A DNA stretch of 64,000 nt from Catajapyx aquilonaris (taxonomy: Eukaryota): contig KZ538347.1 in assembly GCA_000934665.2 (NCBI GenBank), forward strand, positions 1-64,000. The letters run 5' to 3'. Both the position numbers and the translations under genes were made by a program. Shown in pieces: positions 11,721 to 23,700 of this stretch; the stretch's first letter is position 1, and every line of letters starts with the position of its first letter. Under the pieces are notes generated by a model. The model did not search any database. It was not told the origin of the DNA and saw nothing but the letters and a program-made list of their open reading frames with translations.

Positions 11721-14700
11721 CTGCAAGTAACGACACAAATAATGCCACTTAGTAACAGACAAATCACAAATTAGTTCAGAGAAAATCATCTCGTAAACTT
11801 ACAATAAGAGCCATCACAGCATCTTCTACCACTGGTAGTTGGATGAGAGCCATCTTCCTGTCCTTGCTACAATTTAAAAAATAAAAATAAAACAGATTAA
11901 CTTGAAAAGTTGACACCAACATAAGCAGGCCGACAACAATTCTACTCACGGGAAGAACTTGAAGGCCTTCACCATGAACCCAATCTTGGTGAAGGCATCT
12001 TTAATCTCTTCCTCGGCAACCGTGGGTCTGAAATAACAACAAGTGAGTTAGCCCAAGCATGAGACGAAGCAGCAAGCAACAAAACCAACTACTAACGGAA
12101 TGTTGGACAAGTGCAAGGTCGCAGATGGTGGATAGATGTTCTGGTAGTTCTTGCTGCCTGGCTTCTTGAAACGGTGGAGGTTGGAGTTGGCATAGTCTTT
12201 GGTGAGGCCCGCATCCGGCTGGCCTTCCTTGGGCAGTTGGACCGTTTGGTGCTTAGAGGGCATCACTCGGATCTGCTTGCCAAACACCTTCAGCTTGTCC
12301 AGGTGAGTCATAGCTGAACGAAACCGAAATAAAACATTACATTTCCCCTAAAATGCCATGAAACCTTCCCAATAATTTAACGCTACTTACCAAGATGTGC
12401 TTGATGAGGTTCGGACATCTGCACTAGGGCACTGTCCTTCTTGTTAAAGAGAATCTTCACCCGTTGTACATCACCATATACTCCTGCGTATGGAAGAATC
12501 ACAGTAGATCCCTTACTTTTTCTTTTGCTTCCTAACCACAACTTATAAACACTTATGATACACCAAACCCTGAAAGTTTCCGACTCCTAGTAAAACAATA
12601 CTATCTACTAAATCCCAAACTTTCTTTCTTTCTTTCTTTCATTTTTTGTTGTTGTTTGAAAAGTGAAATGGGATATGGAAAAAGACAATGGGAAGAATGT
12701 GTAAAAAAAAGCTGGACTGACATAGCTTTGAATATACACATAACTGTATGGGACATAACACTTCCCTCTTTAAAAGGGATTTTTTTTAAAGGGGGGGGGG
12801 GAGAAAAACTACGGTAGATCGTCTGGAGATTCAAGTTTTGGTCTGTGGGCTAAAAATGTCTTGCTCGGTTCTGAATCAGTGAGAAAAAACAGGCAAGCAC
12901 TCTTCCCGTTCGGGAAAAAAAAAATGATAATAATTACACACCTAAGCCCAGCCACAGTCTCGAATCTGGTGACTCCCAAAGCTCAATAAGCCACATGCAG
13001 TAAATGTGAACGAGAAAAAAAAAAATCCTAGTCATATCAATAGTTACATTGACCTTTTTCTCGATGCCCAGTCAAACAATGAACACACACACACACTACT
13101 TAACATGTCAAGTATCACGTCTCAAAGCAAAACAAAATTAAAAATGACTGCATACAAGTAGGACTGAGGATCAAACAAAATTTGACAATTAAGCAGCTGC
13201 TCAATGTACGACACTGTCTGCAAGAGTTCTATAATATAAAGAAAGAAACACACGGGCCTTTGGTTTCATGAGCAACGGCTGTAATACTGTATAGATTTTA
13301 AAATAACGCACAACATACCAACGACCAATGATGGTCAAAAAACGAGAACAAAATGAATAAAAAAAACGCAAAAAAATAAACAATGTAATAAGTAAGTAAG
13401 TAAGTAAATAAGTAAAGAGAAAAAGACTTTGTGCATAACGTACCAAAAAGGGTAAAGAGAGCGTCAGGCGTGACCATCTACACGGTGGGAAGTGAGAGAG
13501 GGCACGACAGCAGAAGTTGGATTGTATTTTTGCGCCAGAGAAGAAGAGCAGGGGTGACGGAGAGTGGAGGTCCGAGAGTTTTGCGACCGCCAGCAGAGTG
13601 GAGGAGTTGTGTGGAAAAAAAGGAAAAAAAAAAAAAAACAGGAAAAAACATTACACTCTCAGCTGATCAATGGACACACAAGCTAGTCTCAAACCACAGA
13701 TCCTAATCTCCCTGATTTGCAAAACCGATTTCCCCCCCATACTTGTTACGATCAAATCGAATCATACCCCAAATTTCAAATCAACCCCACATTTACTTTA
13801 GAATTAATCCCTCCCAAAAAAAATGTCAGGAGTGTGAATGCAGCACACTCTTAGTTTTCTTTTTTCTTTTTTAATGGTTAAAAGATGTACACAAAAATAA
13901 TAACGTAAAAGAACAGCTGTAAAAACACACAAGCAGCACCCTACTTCTGCCTGCAACTACTGACTGAAAAGAAACAGTGACAGCGATTAGTATGGAAGTG
14001 GCAAATAGAAGGGAAAGACTTGGCCTGGCCATGAAGGATCACACTCCATTGTAAAATGTATTAACAAGAAGAAAAAAAATTATATAATGGAATGAATAAA
14101 ACAAAAGCACTAACATATGTCAAAAAATAAATAAAATAAAAAGAGTAACATCTACAAGCCCTGGGTTGGAAGGGCAAAAAGGGAACAAGTACGATGGCAC
14201 AGGAAAAGCGAAACTTAGACAGAGAATAAAAAAATGGCAGGGATCAGGCGAAAAGACCAGATGCCAAACTGACTTTCAATTTAAAAGTTGAAGTGCCGTT
14301 ATGTTATTCGGCCGTTATTGTTTCTGAGCTAGGAGTTATCCACGTGGAAAATGTCTACAAACAACGTAAAATTCCCGAAATCAACCCAGGCCTTTACAGG
14401 TCAGAATGTAATATGTCCACCGCACTCTGCAGTACAGTAGCATGCCCTGCTTTGCTAACTCACCAATGTAAACATGCTACTGTACAATGCTGGAAAACTT
14501 TTCACCATCGTTTGAGGCTGGTTGCGAATTCATTACGCACAACAATTTCAGGCCGGCATTTTGGCCAAATAAAAAATCAACAAGCTCGAGAGCACACGAT
14601 AAATTTACACAATGTAATTTGCTGACGAAAACCAGAAAGCCTCGTCTGGCAATAAAACAAAATTTTAAGTGGACATACACAATTAAAAACCAGCAATCAC

Positions 14701-17700
14701 TCTGCAAACCCCGTAAGAGTGACCACATTACAACAGAAGTGTTGACCCCTCATTTAACATGTAGCCAAGTGATGCTCCTTGATTGCACCATTTAAGTCGC
14801 CAAGTGATGGCATGCATTCAAGGAGCTAAACATGCAAATAATAATAACGATGGCTAAGGTCACTCGCTATAAATCTGCTGGGGTAAAAACGGTTGCACAA
14901 AATTATGGGAAAATATATCAATTATGGTAAGAACAAAAACGCACCTCCTCGTTGAGGTTGGTGACCAAAAGGACACACCCCGCCTGAGGTTGACCTGGAA
15001 GCCGAAGTCCTGCTGCTCCGAGGGCAGTGGTGGCGGCGGTGCCCGGAAGAGGAAATCCCGCCAGGGGCATCCCTGCTGCTGGAAGCATAGGGGCCAAGGG
15101 GGTCAAAGGGTCACAGGGGGGTAGGATAAGTGTGAAGGAGACAGGGTCGTAAGGTGAATCGAGAGAGATGGAGAGAAAGAAAAAAAATTGGGTATTGACA
15201 CTTGGTGTTTGAACAGTGGAGAATTGTCATGCTGACAGTTCTCATCTCTATGACACGACATGGCTCACACATCGAGAAACGTCGCGAAGGGGAAAATAAT
15301 GCAACTAGGCTCTAGGAGCTAAAAAAAATAAAGGAGCTCCCCATTTTATAGTGTGCCTGGAAATAAGAGTTTTTTTTTTGGCGGCCACTTATCCCCCTTT
15401 GTCCATCGTTCCAATGTAAGCGGCTTTTCTAACGTCCACAGCACCCAAAATCTTGAACCAAAGCTTACAGTAGTTTCATGCAATAGGTATGTTATGAAAG
15501 GAAAGGATGCCTGTTGGAGTATTGCAATATTATTGTCGTCCATATTTACCTATGGTACTGAAGACGTAGACTAACGGTCCTGCTTTTCCCAACAGCATGT
15601 AAACAGTTTAATTGGGAATTAATAAAACTTGAGCAGTTGTTGGCTACAGCGACAAAATTGTTAACGCCCACAAAGTCATTTATCGGAACATGAACAGTGA
15701 GTTTGAAAAAATGAGCAAGAGAAGAGTGGCTGTGATATGCAATGAGTAGCAAAAAAAAATAATTGTCGGAGCACATTTCCTCCTCCAGGCATGAACTTAC
15801 AATGTGTGAATATGCAAAACATTGCACACACTTTATCTCACGTCCTTTCCACCAAAAAGAGTTATATCCTAAATAATCCAAACATTTTTTTTGCAGGGGA
15901 GCTTGAAAAGGGGGCGGGGGAGGTTCCAAAAACCAAAAGACCAGGAAACAGAGCAACAGTAAAAGATAATGAGATAGAGAGAGTGAGTGAGAGGGAGATA
16001 GATAAAAAACTGTACACGGTAAATGCACAGGAACAGACGGGTAGAGAGAGAAAAATTCCAATCGCGCCAGGAAAAATAATAATGGAACTTGCGGTCCCAC
16101 GTTTTATCGCTAGGACCCCCACAAAAAAAAATTCAAAGTCGACTCTTTTTATTTTTCCCACATCCAGCAAACAAAAGGCCAACGCCACCAGAAGAGGAGG
16201 GCAGGGGGAGGGCGGGTTTAGAGAAGAGTTTGACCACTGGAGACATGGCCCAAAAAATTTGAGGCAGAAGAGCAAGAGCGAGATTGAAATAAATGCAGTT
16301 TGATAACTTTTTAATGCTTGAGAGGGGGGAGGGTAGAGACCAAGAGATGTTTTGAGGGTTTGTTGATTTTCAGAGGTAGATTAGTGCCTACCTCCCACAG
16401 TAGTTGAGCCGTACGGGGCTGTTAGAGGTGAGCCGAGCCCATGCATGGCAGCAAACGGGGAAGCCAGCACTCCGGGGCCACCTATCGAGGCACCAGAACC
16501 ATCAACTTCCTCTACTCCCATCGGGTCAAACGTCAACATCAAAATAAATAAAAGTGTCACATCCTTTGGCTCAGGGTACAGCTCGATACAAATCTCTGAC
16601 TCTCACTCACTCACTTCAGTAGCCTACCTAATCCCACACGGCTACAATGAGTGTGTCATACAAGGACTCGAGTCCAGCCAATGGCGACATTCTATACTGT
16701 ACTACAGGGTGGTGCGCAATACCTGACGTTACGGCAACAACAAATGTTTATAACAATCGTTAACATTAACAGAGATTGTAACGACTCACACCTTTCTGTT
16801 TCATTACAAAGGCCATCCTTTTTATTGGCAATATTGAAAGTGTCATAATCACTGCTATTAAAGGCGACACTTTGCTCTTCCACTACATTCAGTTAAAAAA
16901 AATACTGTGCCATAAAGCAGTATACTGCGGACCACACTGCAAATGAGACAGTATACCAATTGGGAGGAAAAGTAGCTCTCAAAAACTTATCCATGCGAAC
17001 AGATGGTGCCGCTCACATGGCCCATTACCAGTGTAACAAGCTGAATTTTAGCTATACGTGACATTAGCAGTGTTTTGTGTGGCGATTATCGTAATGCAAC
17101 TGTCTGCAGCTAATTACAACTAGAAATGTCTTGTGAGGGCCCCATCAGTCCGTGACACCGACAAGACTTGAGGGCGACATCTTCAGCTTCCAACTGGCGA
17201 ATTGAGACAAAGTATGGCCTTCGGGCCTTGTCCTTACCCGACATGCCTCCAAGCGCAAGGGCAGAGTCCAGTGCCGGGTCTCCAGTGGGCAGGTTTGGGT
17301 TTGTGTAGTCTCTGCTCTTGTCATTGTTGTACTTGACATTGAGGCTGGACAACTTGGAGTACTCGATGCGCAGCGTACAGCAGGCATTGTAGATGTTTTG
17401 GCTATCCAGAGACTGCAAAATGAGAGGAAGCATGTGAAGGGGAGGCCGCTCTCTTCAGAGGCTCAACTTTTCAGAGCTTCAAAACTGGCTCCTGATGAAA
17501 TACCTCCGGACTTAGACGGCTTCAAAATTAATAAGTTCGCTAAGAAGAGGATACTACTCGATGGGAGGGCTTACGTTTGAGAAGTTATCACCTCAACATT
17601 TCCCTTTTGTTCTCGCAACGAAATTTCATTAATGGAAGAGTTTCTGAGGACTTGTCAAAGACTTACAGCATCTCATGTCAAACAGGGTTCATAATTATTG

Positions 17701-20700
17701 TCGGCTTATTAAAAACTTTGCCAGGGAGCACCCTAAGAAAATGCAGCAGCAGATGAGGGGGTCTACACGATTAAGCCCTTTGTTACACAGAACACACCTT
17801 TTCTGGGGAGAGAGAAAAAAAATGGGTGCTGCACAGGCCAGATTCTTCAGGAGCAGGGCAGGTCAATATTTAACATACAAGTGCATTAATCACCCCTCCC
17901 TGGCAGCAGTTGCCAGGACGAGGTGTCGGATGTTTGGCGTCCATAATTATTCATGTCACAGTTTGTTGTAACAGGCTTATTGAACCTCCCCTCACCCCTT
18001 GCTTTTCCAACAATCTCTGTGGTTAAGTGTCTGGCTTAGGTGGACACCAGTCTAGACTACAGCCACCGGGATCAACCCATCCACCCCCGCAGGGAAAGCA
18101 AATCAAGCCAGTAAGTGGATTCCGCCAGAGCAAAACTTGATTTGCGGCATCACAGAAACTAGATTTGTAGCGATGCAAAATTGCTCCCATGCAGTATACA
18201 TTTCGCTTTAAATGGAGAGGGGCATGTGATCTTCCGGACTGGCATGCCCCAAAATCAGCTCCGGATCAGATTCGATTTGCTCCTTGTGTTAACACGCACA
18301 CCGGCTACCAGCCAGGTAATTGTGCCTCCGTTTATCCTAAGGGCTCACCGGACATTTGCTCTATAAACACTCTTTTCTCTCTTTTTCTATTTCCTCTTTT
18401 TTTCCCCAGTCGCTCGCAGCCTCATCCTCCAAAGTTCCAGGAACTTTGCAATTGACCATAGCAGTGACCGCTCAATTTGCTTGGGGCCTATGGGACCCCT
18501 CCTGGAGAAGCTGCTTCTCCTCCCATAAATAACGTTAGTGTCCCAACTAAGTTTCTACGGGCATTCCGAGGGACTAAAGGGATCTCTTCTCTAAAGGTAA
18601 AACGCCAGAGCTCCATCTTACTTTAACCGGCTCTGGAATAGTGTGGCCCAAAAGCTGGGAAAATCGGGGGGCGAAAATTGGGGATCGAACCGGAACGTTC
18701 TGGTCATGATATTAAACCGTAACTTATCTGGAAACCGATTTTTATATGATGTTACTAAATAAAAAAACTAGAAAAACCCTCGCTTCGATCACCAGGTGCG
18801 GATGTGGGGAGCGATGTAGACCCTCCGGCAGACAGCGAACGGATAGTTCCTCTTCGCACCCACCAGAGGCGCTGCCTACACCCCATTGCGCATGCGCAGA
18901 ACGGGGGCCAATCAGAAGCGTCGCGGTAACACTACATGGCGGACCAATCAGAAGGCATAATAACCATACAACATGAATAGGATATTAATATCATAAATTA
19001 CTCGAAGCAGCCCCAAGATGGCGCGACTGGCCCTTTCTCCGGCAACATTCTCAAAAATAATCCCTGGTCATTAATAGGATTTTTATCTACGTCCTGTGCA
19101 CACACAAAATCCGCCTGCATAGTGCATTGCTGGATCTACAGTCACTAAATTAAGAACTTCTCCCGGTGGTCCATGTAATTTTTTAATGCCAGGCTAGTGG
19201 CATGGAAAAGCAGTCCCCCCCGATTCTCTCATACAAGTTTCATTGGTGGATGGCGTCCTGGTGCAACAACTGAATTAACCCCCCCCACCAGCTGCAGACA
19301 AGTCCTGCACGTGCATGTCATGTGTGGTATCCTGACAGTACACTGCATGGTATTTTTGGGCAAAGTTTTACAACAGAAAAAGAGAGAGGTGTAAATGAGT
19401 ATGGATTTGGGCCTGGTACGAAGGTCGTGATTGGTCTGGCGACCGGAAGAGCTGCGGTCAACATGGCCACGTCCGCAGGCTTTTGTCCCCGGCCACCTAT
19501 TTCCATAGCGGCTCCTCTGGTTGGCCGCAGGTGAAAACATCGATGCAGCTCGATGCCCAGGTCAAAAACATGCCATATGTGTGCCCGGAGGGGGGGGGGT
19601 AGATGTCATCCCGGTTCAATTGGGGGTGCTTTTTAGACGGTTGAACGCAGACGCCATTTTGTTTTAAGCGGGTCAACAAAATGGCGTCGCTTCCGGTTAT
19701 GAACAGTATGATGTCATTTCCTGGCATAAACAAGATGGCGTCATTTCCGGTTTATGAACAAAAATGGCTTCTGTCTCTCTCGGACCAAGTTTGCCTTCTC
19801 ATTTCCCTCCCAGAAAATGAACAAATGCGATTAGCGAGGGCCCTAATAGGCCACTGCGCTCCGACTAATGAAGATGGCTGTGCAAGGCTGCTGTCACCTC
19901 GCCCCGCTTAGAGAGCTCCCAAACCCTTAAAATTTTAAAAAGAAGAAAAGAGAGAGAGGGGGGGATTAAAAATGGGCCAAATTTCTAAAGTCCGGCAATC
20001 TACATGAAACCATTGTTTAGCGACTGCACCTGAGAGAATGGAGGCAGCAATTAATTGCCCAGGCTGCACCAAAAGAGGCGACCGATATTATTAATAATAG
20101 CCACCCCCCCCCCTCTCAAAAATGCCTTATTGAGCCCGCAGCTGCTGGCTGCAAGTGACCCCGCTAATTACGAATTAATTAAAAAACCTGCGCCTCTCAT
20201 TTTCTTCATTCAGACAGCTTGTCCACCCAATGATTGTCAAATTATTAATTTGCCGCCTTCATTAATTCCGACCAAGAATGTTCTCCCCAGCATTCAAAGG
20301 CAACTAATCAGCACGCATGTACAGGGTGATGCCCCAGCAATCAGCCTTTTGTCTATTACCCTGTACTTGAGCCCTCTTTTTTTCAAAAATAATATTTTTC
20401 CAATTTGCGATTGGAACACGGCAGGTTTCCGTGTCCAATTGGCGAAGAAACCAAATAAAACCAACTCACCAATTTGGCCGCCTGCGCCGTGACCACGTCC
20501 GGGTACTGGATCAAGGCTTGGAATGTGTCTGGAAATAAAAGCAGATGATACATGAGGTGGGAACACGTCAGCCTTGTCACTCTGACCATCCCCTCCTCTC
20601 CCCCCCAAAAAAGGCAGTGAGGGGAAAGTCCGTCCCGACCGCCTTTAATGGCCGCTCATAAAATCGCCCCTGGTCATCAAACCCCCTTCCCCCTGTTTTA

Positions 20701-23700
20701 CATGATTATCCCACGCATAATGAATGAGCTCTCGCAGCAACTAAACTTTCTGTCCTTTTTTTGCCATCCGCCCTTCAAACCGAAAAGAATTTTCAGGTGA
20801 AAAAGCCCCTGGCCTCGAGTGCAAAATTGGGGCAATTCCGACCCCCCCTTTCGATATCGATACTGTCATCTTTCTTCATTAGCAAACCTGGGGATTAATA
20901 GGAAATGTGATTACATTAAGGCTTGATGATGATGGGGGAGGAAAAGCGGAATGAAATTGGGTGGCTAAGTTCAGGGTTGAAAAAAGCTGGGGGTCAAATT
21001 GGCACGAACTGGTCTTGGTACAGTGTGAACGGGTCAGTCCGGGACTTCGTTCGTCCGGACTTCAGTCTCGGTGTATACGAATGGCTTCATAAGTGACTAA
21101 CCCCTCTGGTCCATGCCACTAATCAAATCAAGTCGGTTTTATTCGTGTCATCAAGCGAGTCTGCGGGCTTGTCAATCAGAATTTTCGGGGGTAGGACCCG
21201 GGCTATAAATCCTGCGATGCTTCCCCTCCCCCGCACAGTAGGGCACAAAAGGGGCTTAAGCCTGCATGAATGGTCTGGCGTGTTTGCGACGATGAGGCCC
21301 CCCTCCATCAAAACAGGCCTCTTTTGTCATGCGATTTGTTTTCCGGGGGTTTGAGCCCCCGGAAAACAGGCCTCTCTCCAACCCCCTTAATTAATCCTAC
21401 CCACACACCCAGCAGATGATGAATACCTGGGTCCCCCCCAAATGTATATCATCGTGACCAGGAGGCATCATCAAGCGATTTTGGACAATACCTTAAGACG
21501 TGGCAACCGCCCCCATTCAAACGGGGCTAGTGCATTCAACGCTTTGTTCGCCATAAGTCTATCGGCACCTACCAGACTATCGAATCCGGGGCCCTTTTCC
21601 GGCCACATAAATCAAGGGGGGGTTCTCAAAAGGTCGGATTAGTTCAGGGGGGGGGGGGAGAGTAATCACTCTGGGAGTAAAAAGTGCAAACCTGGCACAG
21701 TCGAGACTTGGATTCGCTCCGGACAAATACGGGGGAAGGGACTGGACCTATCCGGAGAAGGTCACCCCCCAAAAACGATATGTTATCCTGAACCTCAAGG
21801 GTGCCCAATGCAATTTCAGCATGAAACCTTAGCATTTCTCACAGAGTTAAGGTCACATGTGTCAGCACTCTAGGAAAACTAATCAGCCAATATTGTTGAC
21901 CCTAGTGCGTTTTCCAAATTATTTCTGACATGCTCACTTGTCATAATAAAACATGCATTATAGCTTGCTGTAAACACATGGCGAACAGTTTTGCTCCTGA
22001 AAGTTTTACTTCCAATTGGACGGGGGTGCTGTTGCATACCGTGCAGGATGAAACGACTCACATTTTACACAACTTCAGATGGTGGCGGACAGCAGTACAG
22101 TAACATAATTTACTAAGCAGGTTAAGTGTTGTGTTGTGAGTGTCAAAAAGTACCGTTTAGGACCACGTCGCGATTGAAAAGAAATCGTCAATAAAGTGAA
22201 CTGAGATACTCACTGTTTTTGGTGAAGGTGACGATCTTGAGCACTTTTCCGACGCGTGAGAAGATCTGGAAAGAAAAAGGAGAAGACATTTCCGGTGAGA
22301 AGAACAGTTTCCAATATTGAGGGTTACACACACACACAAAAAAAGATGGTGGTAGCAAAAGGGTAGGGTTTTTTTTTTTTTTTTTTTTTCCAAAGGTGGC
22401 GTATGCGCCATAAAAGCAAGGCAAGAGGCCGTAACGCTCCACTTTTATTCCTTTACAACCTGGTCTCGATGCCTCCACTGCATAGCACAGGAAGCACCAT
22501 TCGTGACGTATCGTATTCCACCAGACTACGCCAATTGCTTCGTACTTTTTGGACCATTCCCACACTTCCTCCCAGGGCCATGCATATAGATTACTCTATT
22601 TTATTCGCCAAGTAATCACATTTTCCCCCCTCCCCTTACTCGTAGCTCTAAATTAAGCAAAACTAGTGTATACTTGCATAATCCACATAATATGTGAAAT
22701 GCGGATACATGCACCCAGCACATGACTGTCAGGCTTTGATCAAAATGGCCCTCGGACAATGTACGTGCAGCAAACAAGCTACAAATATATCCCCGGCAAA
22801 AGTAAATATTAAAAGCATAATCACAACCCATTGATTTCAACGAGTTCAACAAATACACACCCGGCAGGACCGTTACATTAATCCAGGGCCCATTAAAATT
22901 TATAATTGCGAACCTTCTCCCTACGGGGCTCAAGTTTTGAACATGAAACTCCGGCTGTACCCGGGTAATTTCTCCTAGAAAATAGCTAGAGCCCATCTCG
23001 TGCGAAATAAAGTAACATGAATTGGGGAAAAGAATAAGTCTCCTAATGAGGCCTCTCCAAAGTGGAATTTGCTTCGGGTAGCTGGAGGCAAGTAGGAGAG
23101 AATTCCTACATTAAAAAGAAAAAGAAAGATAGATAGATAGAGTGAGTTACCCTGGCCTTTTCTTTTGTCTTTGGCTGCAAGGAACGTCAGCACGACGACG
23201 ACAAACAGTTACAAGCTCTCCTCATAGTCGACTCCCCATCTCACTAAGACGAGTCGGAGAAAGAAAGAAAAAAAATGCCAGGGAATCGACAAGGAAGTCT
23301 CACGAGACAAGACGAAGACGTATAAAACAAGAGTAAGGGCCGGAAAGAGAAAAAATCATAATTAGCTTTCCTGGATCCCCGTCGCCTCGAGCTCAGCACT
23401 GACGTGAATGCAATTTAAAAAATAGGGATGTCCACGGAAGAAACAGAGGAAGGAAAAACTGTGGAGGCCTAAGATTAGGAAAATCATCGTTAAAGTCTGC
23501 TTTAAAACTGCAATTAAGAATGCCAATTACACGTGCAGTAATGGAAGTGCCAAATTTACAAATGAGCATTACGTCGTGAAGGACGTTAATTTATGGCAAC
23601 ACGGTTCAGCGAAATTCAGCCTAAACCAGTCACTGCCGATGTGTCGGTTTTTTTCACACACATGAATTGCTATTCAATAATAATACTCGATATCGATTTG

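Noticed and set aside
15801..15868. Possible 68-nt cryptic exon (tttag|...|gtaagt) in the linker intron
   Set aside because: Poor pyrimidine tract, frameshifting and no PTB similarity; cannot be told from chance.
18625..18655. ctctggaatag...ccaaaa as an editing-complementary sequence for the 17403 site
   Set aside because: Only a short, gapped match; within chance expectation.
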